Source: Eledone cirrhosa (taxonomy: Eukaryota). From it: DNA of 64,000 nt. A model generated the notes under the pieces. The model had not been told where the DNA came from, did not search any database, and saw only the letters and a program-made list of their open reading frames with translations. The DNA lies in NCBI GenBank assembly GCA_964016885.1, contig OZ024741.1, positions 181,226,001-181,290,000 on the forward strand. Reading direction: 5' to 3'. Below are positions 13,301 to 24,838 of this stretch, one piece after another (within the stretch, counting starts at the first letter, position 1; the number at the start of each line of letters is the position of its first letter). A program made the translations under genes and the position numbers.

Positions 13301-13802
13301 CTAGCAGTGCTACCGAGGAGCTCTACCGGTTCGTGACAAGATCTACAGGCACGGACGCCCTGGCAGGGATCCTTCCAAGAGGACGTGTCCAAGATGTGCG
13401 CAGGACATTGAAACAGTTCTGCACGCAATTGTACACTGCCCGGGCGTAAGCGACCTGTGGAACTATGCAGAACAACTGCTGTCGCGTATGGGACAAATAC
13501 AGTTGACTGCCGAGTCCATAGTAAGTATCAAACCGCCAGACTCTTTCAAAAACGAAAGAGAGGCGGTTTTCCTCTGTACGGTGGCTATGGTGAAAGAAGT
13601 TATATGGTGGACGAGGTTGAGAGGACTGAGGACAGATGCCTTTCTCTCCGGACAACAATTGATTCCATTCTTTAAGTATCACTTTAGAAGGAGAATCAGG
13701 GTGGAGAGAGAGGCACTGCACCCCAGTAAATTTACTGAAAGGTGGGTGAATGAAGCGAAAATGGCCCGAGTGATTGGGCCTTCTCTGTTTATAAGCCTGT
13801 AG
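10356..13802 (+). pseudogene. Copy B ORF2 (APE-RT-zinc-binding) with a single in-frame amber codon
   Basis: 982-aa ORF with SDH, YWKLN and YADD; TGG>TAG at 13302-13304; the same frame continues to 13802. Confidence 0.95.
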
Positions 13803-14035
13803 GTTGAGGAAGAGAGCAAAAGGAAGAAAGGAGCACTTGCACAACACGCTCCTTGAGTTGAGGGTTGTTCTATCGACGGGGTATTAAACAACCCATTTGT
13901 GGCGCCTCCCCCCTATTGGGGATTTCGATTGTTGAAATTGTTTGTTTTTATATTTTTTACACGACTGTATGTAAAATCCCCGGCATGTCTTTGTATTGTC
14001 CCCTTTCTTGTTGCGCCCTTGTGGCTAATAAAGAA

Positions 14036-14124
<89 letters not shown>
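14036..14124 (+). repeat. (TATC)n spacer
   Basis: Perfect repeat. Confidence 0.97.
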
Positions 14125-15112
14125 ACTGGGCGCCTGGCACACTGAGTGTGCCCAGGCGCTCACCGCCCTCTGGCAGGCGGATCCGGTTATCAGTGGAGAC
14201 TCCACCGCAACATTCTATAGAGGGCTGGTACGCAGCAGGTGCGACGATGCCCTCGGAGAAGCCCTAGACATGGAGGAGGACGAACTGGCCAGCCTGTTCG
14301 GTAGGACATTCAGCCCGGGACCTATGGACAACTTCCAGAAGTCCCTGGCCTGGCAGTGCTACCGAGGGGCTTTACCCGTTCGAGAAAGGCTCTACAGACA
14401 CGGGCGCCCGGGTAGGGACCCCGCCAAAAAGATCTGTCCCAGATGCGTGTGCGACGAGGAAACCGTTGCACACGCATTAGTACACTGCTCGGGCGTAGCC
14501 GATCTGTGGGGCTATGTCGAACAACTGCTGTCAAGGGTGGGACCGATCCGGTTGACCACCGAGTCTATTGTAATGATCAAGCCGCCTCCCCCCTTCAAAG
14601 ATGAAGCAGAGGCGGTGTTTCTGTGCGTAATAGCCATGGCGAAAGAGGTTGTATGGTGGACGCGTCTGAAAGGACTGAGGTCGGGCACCTTTCTCTCTGG
14701 CCAACAACTGGTCCGTTTCTTCCGATATCATTTCGGAAGAAGGATCAGGATGGAGAGAGAGGTGCTGCACCCCAGCCGTTTCTATGAAAGATGGGTGAAA
14801 GTGGCGAGAATGGCCCGTGTGAATGGGCCTTCACTCTACATCAGACTATAGGTGAGGAAGATGAAAGACCAAGGGAGCACCCCTTCTCTGTGCTCCTGAG
14901 GAGAAGGGTTGCACACTTTTTTCGGGGGTGTGTGCGACCCCCCAAGGCGCCTCCTCTCTATTGAGGATTTTGTTAAAAATTTTATTTTTTGTTATATCTT
15001 ATTTTATTTTTATATTTTGTTATTGCCTCCTCCTTATTGAGGACGCCTTTTTGTGTAAACTCCCCCCTTTGTACTTGTCCCACTTTTGATGCCCTAGTGG
15101 CAAATAAAAGAA
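14125..15112 (+). mobile_element. 5'-truncated Tx1-like LINE, copy C
   Basis: Open ORF2 C-terminus to 14851, similar to but distinct from D; 3' UTR with AATAAA at 15103. Confidence 0.93.
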
Positions 15113-15206
15113 ATCTATCTATTTATCCATCTATCTATCTACCTATCCATCTATTTATTTATCCATCTATCTATCTACCTATCCATCTATCTATTTATCC
15201 ATCTAT
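15113..15206 (+). repeat. Variant (TATC)n with a 36-bp higher-order unit
   Basis: CTAT TTAT CCAT CTAT CTAT CTAC CTAT CCAT CTAT repeated about 2.5 times. Confidence 0.85.
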
Positions 15207-15439
15207 AATAATCTAGCTGTCGTCTGTTCTACAGTGTGGATGTCATTCACTTCGCACAGAAGTTTTGTTCAAATTTATTGAGGAAATTTTGTGAGTTCAA
15301 ACTTAATTTTGATACAATTGTGTAGCTTGACCCTCCGTCTGAACTGTCAGGCGGTGGGTCAGCTCATCTTTACCCCTCCTAGAGGTGAAAAACCTGTTTT
15401 AAAAAATTTTGTGTAAAAAATTTCAATCGTCTAACAGAA

Positions 15440-17320
15440 ATGTTAAACGCAGCGAACGAAAATAGTGGTGGGGGGACAGCGGTAAGAGTTGTAAGCTCGC
15501 ACGCTTTAGTCCTCCCTTCCTTCCCAACTAACGTCATAGAGAAGGAAGGAAAAATGAAAATAAAAACGGACGAATCTGCGGAGGAAAAAAAATTAAATGA
15601 CGAAAACAACGAAAAAAAAAAATTTGAAAAATTGCATGACAATACTAATAACACAAACAAAGACACAACAAACAAAAAAATAACAGTTGAAAATAACATC
15701 ATATCAGAAAACAAAGCAGACGACCAGATTTCATTTGCACAGAAAACAAAGAAATCTTTGACTTATATAGCGGAAAACATTTCAGATGTGGTACGAAGGA
15801 TCACGGACGCAAAACAATACATAAGTGAAGGTGAGAATGGTATTTTATTGGTAAAAATGCCTCAAGAATTCACGAAAGACATTGAAAGCCGAACGGTCAA
15901 GTTTCGGACCATCAACAACAGTACAAAAAAACCTGAACAGCCTTCTCAAGCAGATATCAAAACAGTACTCGCAGAAGTACTGAATGAAACAACTTTCATA
16001 AGAAAAGACAGACTGTATGGAAGTCTAGCAATTATCATGAAGAACGAATCGGCAGCAAAAAAATGTGCTTTGTCACCGATTCGTTCGAAAAATTTCACCT
16101 TTTATCCATCTTATATGGGAAAAAAAACTCAACGCATATGGCTGGATGCAATGATGCCAGATGTGGACTACTGCTGGCTCATAGCTGGCTTCATCGATCC
16201 AGTGAATGACAACGTGATTTCCATTGGGAAAACCACAGGCAATGCGTTCAGTGGAACAGGTATAGAGCTGGTAGTACAAATGAAGCCTGAACGCATCGCC
16301 CAAATACCCGACAGAATCCTATTAGAGGACCACGGGTATATAAACATTAGCGTGGAGGGGAGAAGGCCGTCCTGCCATATCTGTGCAGGCAGAGGGCACC
16401 TGAAGGCCGCTTGTCCCCAACTCAACAAAAAGAAAACCCTGCTACCAACACCAGCTCCACCACCACCACCACAACAGATAAACAAACAACAAAACTCAGT
16501 CCCACCCAACCCGTCCCTCAGTAACACCACAACACCACCACAACACAAACAGTCACAACACATTACCCCAAAACAAAATACAGGCCCACCCAACCTCTCA
16601 CTCAATAAAACAACACAACCACCGCAGACACAACACACAACACAGTCTAACATAGTGACATCCATCTCCCCCACAAAGAAAACCAACACGGAAACATTAC
16701 CAGCAAACATACCTCTTCCCTCCAACACTGAAGATAACCCAACGAATTCGGAGGAAGAAACGGAGTCCTTCAGACAAATTAAAAGGAAAAAAAGAAAACA
16801 TGTGCAAAACACACAAGGACAAACAACCCCCACCCAAATCGCAACACAATCTAACAAAACAGAAAACACCCCTCCAGCAACAAACAAAACCAAACCTGCC
16901 CCTCCCCTCTTCGAAACACTCACACCATCGGAAAAAAAGACATTACACTATACTTACATCAACAGAAACAATAATAAATTAAATGAACTCATATACAATA
17001 ATCCTTCGGTACAAACCGAAGGTGTAAACTTTGTTTCATCAGAAAACCACCCACATTTAAAACTAATAAAAATCCCAATGAACCTCTACCAAAAACTAAA
17101 AAAGGATTTTAAGGAGGACGTAGGACCACCCTCTGTCAAACCCATAAACCGCGTCCTACTAAAAAGCTTTCCCCCTCCCCTTCCCCTCCCCAACACAACT
17201 CCAAACACCCCAACCCCACCACACACCGACGACCCCACACCACCACAAGACACCCCTTCACCCAACACCCCCGACCCCATGGAAGTCGTGCAACCCGAAC
17301 CCCGGGAAGCGGAAAGGTAG
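15440..17320 (+). CDS. LINE ORF1 protein (probable RRM-like region, CCHC knuckle, Pro/Thr/Asn linker, conserved C-terminal block)
   Basis: 626 aa; CHICAGRGHLKAAC; homologous to ORF1 of copies A and B. Confidence 0.93.
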   Translation: MLNAANENSGGGTAVRVVSSHALVLPSFPTNVIEKEGKMKIKTDESAEEKKLNDENNEKKKFEKLHDNTNNTNKDTTNKKITVENNIISENKADDQISFAQKTKKSLTYIAENISDVVRRITDAKQYISEGENGILLVKMPQEFTKDIESRTVKFRTINNSTKKPEQPSQADIKTVLAEVLNETTFIRKDRLYGSLAIIMKNESAAKKCALSPIRSKNFTFYPSYMGKKTQRIWLDAMMPDVDYCWLIAGFIDPVNDNVISIGKTTGNAFSGTGIELVVQMKPERIAQIPDRILLEDHGYINISVEGRRPSCHICAGRGHLKAACPQLNKKKTLLPTPAPPPPPQQINKQQNSVPPNPSLSNTTTPPQHKQSQHITPKQNTGPPNLSLNKTTQPPQTQHTTQSNIVTSISPTKKTNTETLPANIPLPSNTEDNPTNSEEETESFRQIKRKKRKHVQNTQGQTTPTQIATQSNKTENTPPATNKTKPAPPLFETLTPSEKKTLHYTYINRNNNKLNELIYNNPSVQTEGVNFVSSENHPHLKLIKIPMNLYQKLKKDFKEDVGPPSVKPINRVLLKSFPPPLPLPNTTPNTPTPPHTDDPTPPQDTPSPNTPDPMEVVQPEPREAER

Positions 17321-17353
17321 GTCTCTACACTCTCCTTTGGCTCTGCCGCCCAC

Positions 17354-20300
17354 ATGGATGTGTTAAGAGTAGGATGTTTGAATGCACGTGGCCTGGGCTC
17401 AACTTGGAAGCAAGCAAAGCTTCTAAATGACCTCAGGTCATGTAGTATAAATGTAATGGTTATCTGTGAGACTCGAATCAGCGTCATGCGGCAGCTGGCC
17501 CCCACCTTCGATGACTTTGAGGTGCATGCATCTCTCTGTCAACCTGGAGGTGGGGGTGGGGTTGTCGTGCTGCTGCAAAAACACCTGGGTCTTGCCGTAC
17601 AGGTTGTGCACTCGGACCCGGAGGGTCGTTTGTTGGTGCTAGACGTTGGCAGTAGTGAAAGTGCGGCCTTGAGACTGGTCGCCGTCTACTCCCCTTTCGG
17701 AGCTGAACGGCCCGACTTCTTCCAGCGTTTGGAGACTTTTCTGGGAACGTCGCGTTCCCTGCTTCTAGCGGGGGATTGGAATGACATCCTAGATGCACGT
17801 TGGGACTATGCAGGAGCATGTCCTAATAGAGGGGGGTGTAACAGCCTCAAGGGGTTACTCGACCGTTTTAACTTGGTCGATAGATATCGACTAGATTTTC
17901 CAACTGTGCCTACCTGGACTTGGAGAAACCACAGTGGTCAATCTAGATCGTACTTAGATAGATTCTTAGTTAGAAGTAAGGATAGGGACATATTAAGCTG
18001 TCCAGAAATGCGCACGGTTGGCTACACGGATCACAAATTAGTGACCTGCGTGGTCAATCTCGAGAAAACACATAGACAGGGTCCCGGTTACTGGAAACTT
18101 AATTTGTCTTTACCGGCAAAAGAGACTTACAGAAACCGGATTAGCAGATTAGTTAAGGAGAGGTTGACGGGTGCAATCGTCAACAACCGATGGTGGGCAT
18201 CTCTCAAAAGAGAGATTAGAACAGAATCAATAAGTTATAGCAAGATGTTAGCTGCCAATAGGAATAGAAACGAGAAAGAATTAACAGGTAAATTAGAAGA
18301 GGCAATCAAGAGCGAAGATGTGGCCAGAGTGCTGGCATCGAGGACGGCCTTGAACCAGTTTTTCGATGCAAAGCATGAAGGCTGCGTCATTCGAAGTAAA
18401 ATACGTGCTCTAGGTAATGAGGGGGCCAAAGCCGTTGGATGGGCCCGCGTGACAGAAGCTAAAAGTGGAAATCGATCCACCATCCGGTCGTTGCAAGACG
18501 AAGATGGACGAGTGATCCGGGAGCCTAAGCAGATGTGCGAGGCCTTTCAAAAGCACTTTGCCCGATTGTTCGGGGGAGGCGAGGGTCCGGGCCGGGGCGT
18601 GGATTTCGGTCCATACCTCGACGGCCTGCCGCGTCTCTCGAACAAAGAGGCGGAGTCCTGCGAGGGACCAATCTCGGCTGATGAGATCGGAGATGCGCTG
18701 AGCCAATGCAGCAGACGCAAATCTCCAGGTCTCGATGGTATACCTTACGAACTTTATTTAGCAATGCCGGTCTTCTTCTCCGAACTCCTCGAAGCGGTCT
18801 ACTGCAATTGGCAGCAGAACGAGAGAATTCCTTGTTCTGTAGCCAAGGGCGTAGTCACGCTGGTGAGGAAGGACGAGAACAAGGGGGATAGTATAAATAA
18901 TTTTCGGCCCATAACCCTGCTAAACACAGAGTTAAAGATTTTGGCCAAGGTGTTAGCAAAGAGGTTGGCGCTTGTCGTGGGTGGCCTGGTGGGAGATGCG
19001 CAGACATGTGCTATCCCATCCAGGTCCATTCACGATAACCTCCACCTCATGCGATACATCATAGAGAGGGTTGGCAACAAACCCGGCTTCGGTGGGGCCC
19101 TGATCAACTTGGATCAGTCTAAGGCCTTCGATAGGGTCGACCATGGTTACCTGGATGCGGTGCTAGCGGCGGCTGGGTTCGGTCCTGTTTTCAGAGGCTG
19201 GATCACTGCCCTACATAGCAACCACATCTGTTCTAGGATCAAGGTGAACGGCTACCTTTCGAAGCCGTTCGAAATCACACGATCCATTCGACAGGGGTGC
19301 CCTCTCTCCTCCCTTCTGTACGTATTGACTCTCGAGCCTTTACTGAGGAAGTTGGAGTTGTTGCAGGGTATCCCCCTGGAACCAGGATTGAGCAAAGCGG
19401 TGTCGGCCTACGCCGATGACGTAACAGTAATGGTATCAACCGACTCGGAGATCGAGGCGATCGGTACCTTACTGGAGGAGTACGAAAGGTTGTCAGGAGC
19501 GAAACTGAACCGGGAAAAATCCATCGGGCTGCAACTCGGAACGTGGAGAGGCAGACCTATGCCTCCCGATGGTGTCGTCGGACACTGGACGGAGGGCCCG
19601 GTAAAGTTGCTTGGGGTCTGGTTTGGACCGGACCTCCAGGTGGAAAAGAACTGGAACGAGGTTACGAACAAGGTGTTTGCACTAACCCAGAAATGGGCCA
19701 AGTGTAAGCTGTCCCTAAAAGGCCGGGCGGAGGTGGCGAACATTTACATAGCGTCCGTCACTTACTACCGCCTGACTGTCGTGCCTTGCCCTAAGGAAAC
19801 ACTCACCACCATGGAACGCATGCTCTTCCAATTTCTTTGGAAGAAGCGTCCTCCTATGGTGAGAAGATCCATCTGCTGCCAACAACCTTCGAAAGGAGGG
19901 CTGGGGATGCCGTGGTTGATGATGCGTAGGCACGCATTAAGGCTACGGCACCTACAGGTATTCCTCACTGGTCAACCGGTGTGGGCTCCGTTCGTGAAAC
20001 GAGCCTTTCCGAGACTCGTCTCACTCACCGAGCTACAGTCCTGGGTCAAGCAAAGATCCGGAAAACTGGGAGACTGGCACACTGAGTGTGCTCAGGCGCT
20101 CAGGGCTCTCTGGCAAGCGGGCCGGGCCATCGGTGGAGAATCCACCTCATCATTCTATAGAGGGCTGGTGGCTAGCAGGGGCGATGACACCCTTGGAGAG
20201 TCGCTGGACATGGAAGAAGACGAACTGGCCAGCCTGTTCGGTAGGACTTTCGGCCCAGGACCAATGGACAACTTCCAGAAGTCACTGGCCTGGCAGTGCT

Positions 20301-20791
20301 ACCGGGGGGCTCTACCCGTTCGAGAGAGGCTCTACAGACACGGGCGCCCGGGCAGGGATCCCTCAAAAAAGATTTGCCCTAGATGCGTGCGTCACGAAGA
20401 AACCGTAGCGCACGCATTGGTGCAATGTCCGGGCGTGGCTGATCTGTGGGGCTACGCCGAACAACTGCTGTCGCGGGTGGCGCCGATTAAATTGACCGCC
20501 GAGTCCGTGATGACAATCAAACCGCCTCCCCTCTTCACAAAGGAAGCAAAGGCGGTTTTTCTGTGCGTAATAGCCATGTTGAAAGAGGTTGTTTGGTGGA
20601 CACGATTGAAAGGTCTGAGGTCAGGCAACTTCCTCTCTGGCCATAGTCTGGTCTACTTCTTCCGATATCACTTCGGAAGAAGGATAAGAATGGAGAGAGA
20701 GGTGCTTGGCCACAGGCAGTTTTATGAAAGGTGGGTGATAGTGGCGAGAATGGCTCGTGTAAATGGGCCTTCTCTGTATACCATCCTGTAG
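17354..20791 (+). CDS. LINE ORF2 protein: APE endonuclease, reverse transcriptase, C-terminal Cys/His zinc-binding domain (Tx1/L1 group)
   Basis: 1145 aa; LNARGL, GDWN, TDH, GYWKLN, KSPGLDG, DQSKAFDRV, RQGCPLS, YADD, GGLG, CPRC..ETVAHALVQC. Confidence 0.97.
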   Translation: MDVLRVGCLNARGLGSTWKQAKLLNDLRSCSINVMVICETRISVMRQLAPTFDDFEVHASLCQPGGGGGVVVLLQKHLGLAVQVVHSDPEGRLLVLDVGSSESAALRLVAVYSPFGAERPDFFQRLETFLGTSRSLLLAGDWNDILDARWDYAGACPNRGGCNSLKGLLDRFNLVDRYRLDFPTVPTWTWRNHSGQSRSYLDRFLVRSKDRDILSCPEMRTVGYTDHKLVTCVVNLEKTHRQGPGYWKLNLSLPAKETYRNRISRLVKERLTGAIVNNRWWASLKREIRTESISYSKMLAANRNRNEKELTGKLEEAIKSEDVARVLASRTALNQFFDAKHEGCVIRSKIRALGNEGAKAVGWARVTEAKSGNRSTIRSLQDEDGRVIREPKQMCEAFQKHFARLFGGGEGPGRGVDFGPYLDGLPRLSNKEAESCEGPISADEIGDALSQCSRRKSPGLDGIPYELYLAMPVFFSELLEAVYCNWQQNERIPCSVAKGVVTLVRKDENKGDSINNFRPITLLNTELKILAKVLAKRLALVVGGLVGDAQTCAIPSRSIHDNLHLMRYIIERVGNKPGFGGALINLDQSKAFDRVDHGYLDAVLAAAGFGPVFRGWITALHSNHICSRIKVNGYLSKPFEITRSIRQGCPLSSLLYVLTLEPLLRKLELLQGIPLEPGLSKAVSAYADDVTVMVSTDSEIEAIGTLLEEYERLSGAKLNREKSIGLQLGTWRGRPMPPDGVVGHWTEGPVKLLGVWFGPDLQVEKNWNEVTNKVFALTQKWAKCKLSLKGRAEVANIYIASVTYYRLTVVPCPKETLTTMERMLFQFLWKKRPPMVRRSICCQQPSKGGLGMPWLMMRRHALRLRHLQVFLTGQPVWAPFVKRAFPRLVSLTELQSWVKQRSGKLGDWHTECAQALRALWQAGRAIGGESTSSFYRGLVASRGDDTLGESLDMEEDELASLFGRTFGPGPMDNFQKSLAWQCYRGALPVRERLYRHGRPGRDPSKKICPRCVRHEETVAHALVQCPGVADLWGYAEQLLSRVAPIKLTAESVMTIKPPPLFTKEAKAVFLCVIAMLKEVVWWTRLKGLRSGNFLSGHSLVYFFRYHFGRRIRMEREVLGHRQFYERWVIVARMARVNGPSLYTIL

Positions 20792-21007
20792 GTAAAGAAG
20801 TAAAGGAGAGGGGAGCACCTTCTCCATGTGCTCCCCGGGCAAAGGATTGCACACTTTTTCGGGGGTGTGTGCAACCCCCATCACGTCCCCTCCCTTTTGA
20901 GGTTATTTTCGATTATTTTCACGTTACACCCTTTTTACTCGATTATATGTAAACTCCCCCTTTGTATTTGTCCCTTCTTTTTATGCCTTTATGGTAAATA
21001 AAGAAAT

Positions 21008-21112
21008 GTATCTATTTATCCATCTATCTATCTACCTATCCATCTATCTATTTATCCATCTATCTATCTACCTTTGTTTTGTTTTGTTTTGTTTTGTTTT
21101 GTGTTTTGTTTT
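21008..21112 (+). repeat. Variant TATC higher-order repeat followed by (TTTTG)n
   Basis: Same variant units as 15113-15206, then about 8 TTTTG units. Confidence 0.85.
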
Positions 21113-21126
21113 TTCTCCTGCAATCA

Positions 21127-21444
21127 GAAAGTGGCGAGAATGGCCCGTGTGAATGGGCCTTCACTCTACATCAGACTATAGGTGAGGAAGATGAAAGACC
21201 AAGGGAGCACCCCTTCTCTGTGCTCCTGAGGAGAAGGGTTGCACACTTTTTTCGGGGGTGTGTGCGACCCCCCAAGGCGCCTCCTCTCTATTGAGGATTT
21301 TGTTAAAAATTTTATTTTTTGTTATATCTTATTTTATTTTTATATTTTGTTATTGCCTCCTCCTTATTGAGGACGCCTTTTTGTGTAAACTCCCCCCTTT
21401 GTACTTGTCCCACTTTTGATGCCCTAGTGGCAAATAAAAGAAAT
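21127..21444 (+). mobile_element. Very short 3' fragment of subfamily C (copy E)
   Basis: Identical by eye to 14797-15114; followed by (TATC)n 21445-21490. Confidence 0.93.
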
Positions 21445-21445
21445 A

Positions 21446-21490
<45 letters not shown>

Positions 21491-21722
21491 CGACAGTTGA
21501 TCGACAAGATCCCATACCTCATTCACTTAACGAGTGGGGTGGAGCTTGTCAAATCGGACCGAGGAAACAATGTTTCTATTGGTCTTTCCAATTGCTAATA
21601 CTATCTGTCGATCGCAAATCCAGGTAGAAGGAGCAACGTTTAATAATGTGTGTTGCTCAAGGACATAACGCATCGCCCGGTCCGGGAATCGAAATCACAA
21701 CCTCACGATTGCGAATCCACGC
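21491..21722 (-). mobile_element. tRNA-derived SINE family 2
   Basis: Reverse complement of 41113-41311; contains a B-box-like TTCGATTCCC and a TCCTTGAGCAA motif. Confidence 0.8.
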
Positions 21723-22066
21723 GTATGTATGTATGTTTGTATGTAATATATATTTATATAATCTAATCTAACCGAGTTTACACTCGCAAATAAGAAGAAC
21801 CACGGCCGCCCCTAGGAACATTGGATTTGCTGTACTTCATATTTGTTTCAGTTGCTGAATACAACCAGGGGTCGCTGCTTCTCCTGAAGGTCAATAGTTC
21901 TCTTCTAATTCGAGCGGAAGCGACTTTCCATTGTCAAATTGCATTGATCACCTGTAAAGCCACATTGTTCTCAGAACCACTACACCAGTCTTTCGATGCG
22001 TGCAGCTGGAACTACTGCCACCCATTGATTTGGTAGGATTTTATTTATTTATTTAATTATTTTAGC

Positions 22067-22252
22067 TGGCCGTTGACTCTTATGAGTTCTTCCACCCTTT
22101 GTCAGGTTTTGCTTTTTGTCCTGCAGGGTGTCTAAAATCACCCACCTCACCAAGTAAACTTGGTGGGGTTGTCGGTTTAGTCACTGACGACCCGACCATA
22201 CGACAGGTTGTACTGGGTTACATGCTACCAGTAGCACTCATGAGTGACGTGA

Positions 22253-22253
<1 letters not shown>
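22067..22253. repeat. Dispersed repeat, possibly the 5' UTR of an RTE-like element on the minus strand
   Basis: Homologous to 27868-28050; both end in a microsatellite. Confidence 0.55.
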
Positions 22254-22679
<426 letters not shown>

Positions 22680-23552
22680 AGAAATGTATATTTAAGTTTT
22701 TCGAATAATAATAATAATATCGTTTGCAATTATATAAACAACCTCTTAACCCATGTCAGTAGAGTGACCTCGTCATTCTCGCTCTTGTGTTCGCATATAA
22801 ACCTTTTGTTAGTTATTTGTGTTGGCATAAAACTATTTATTAGTCATTGGACGATGTCAAAGCCAGCCACCAATCGCTCGTATACATGCCATATCATGCC
22901 ATGCACGTTTATTGAACGTAAAGCATACTGTATATGGACTTATATACATTTTTATTCTGATTACAGGGTTATTCTGTGCGGACTGATGCAATGCATTGTT
23001 AGCCCTCGTTTCATATACTGCGTGATGTAAGAAAAACAGCGTTAGGCGAGTTATAGCTGCTAACGGTCAAGTTGTAGATTGTTACAAGGATGGTTGGTGG
23101 CCAGAGACACTAAATGTGTAAGAAATGAACAGCAAGGATCAAATGATGATACTACACATTCCGACCATTATCACACACACTTGCGTATACACACATATGA
23201 TATAAGAAAAGTCAACAATAAAAAATATCACAGGAGAACGGTACACTGAAATTGTAATGTAATAACTTAACGATTGATATAATTAGAAAAGTGTGTTAAC
23301 CTTTCGGGCGTTAGTCTTTCATCGGGAGATAGAATATAAAAAAAAAGGTTGTTTAGAATCGAGGAAAGAGAGGTTGTGTAGAAGAGAGAAGCAGAAAAAG
23401 TAAGGTAGACAAGAGAGAAAAAAAAACAGAAATCTGGGAAATGGGTAGTTAGGAGAGAAAGCACGTGTTGTTGCTAGACATTATTACACATATACATATG
23501 TACAAGTATATATGTATATATATGCATATATCTGCAAACACACACACATATT

Positions 23553-24215
<663 letters not shown>

Positions 24216-24838
24216 ATGGAAATATACACACAATACACATACTTGTATAATTCTGCTTATATGGTTGAAATATTTATCACGTGGTTGCGATCATATGTTC
24301 GATGTCGAAGAATTTGTGTGTTTGTAATTATCAAGTTGTTTCCAATTAACCATTTAATTAAGAAGTTGAATAATCATTCAAGTCCTTTGCTTCAGGCCAT
24401 AATTAGTTGTATTTGACGTGGTAGTCGTTCATTGAAAGATGTTATTCATACATGAATCCATAGAAATTCTTCCAGAAAATGGTTTCAAGAAAAACAAAAC
24501 ATGATAATACGAATAATTATAGGGCATTATACTGCTTTGTGTCTAAATGAAATATTCTTCTTCATATACAAAAACCAAAAAAAACCCCGACTATGTTGAT
24601 TTGAATTTAGTTGACATTTCCTTCAATAATTTGTATATCGTTTTGTAGTATGTATTTTTATTTTCATTAATGGAATGCTATTAATACATAGAAACACTAA
24701 TACGTACAATACATAGTAACATACATGAAGCTCAAGTACAAACATTCAATTATATTATTTGTTCAATATAAAAAATAACAATACAAAAAACGCATCGTGT
24801 GTCAAAGAAATAGCATCAAACATAAACATATTATATTC

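Larger units (their letters stand above)
8193..14035 (+). mobile_element. Full-length Tx1-like LINE, copy B (few inactivating changes)
   Basis: 5' end CTCTTTCTG(T/C)CTGAC also seen at 62765; ORF1, ORF2 and a 3' UTR ending AATAAAGAA. Confidence 0.95.
15215..21006 (+). mobile_element. Intact full-length Tx1-like LINE, copy D
   Basis: Uninterrupted ORF1 and ORF2, 33-nt spacer, 3' UTR with AATAAA at 20997. Confidence 0.96.

Noticed and set aside
21073-21127. Splice-acceptor-like T tract plus CAG before copy E
   Set aside because: Absent from the homologous position in copy C, so it is junction filler rather than an element signal.
14797-21444. LTR retrotransposon (identical direct repeats around gag/pol-like ORFs)
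   Set aside because: The repeats are LINE 3' ends; there is no integrase, protease, primer-binding site or TG..CA, and ORF2 is APE-RT.
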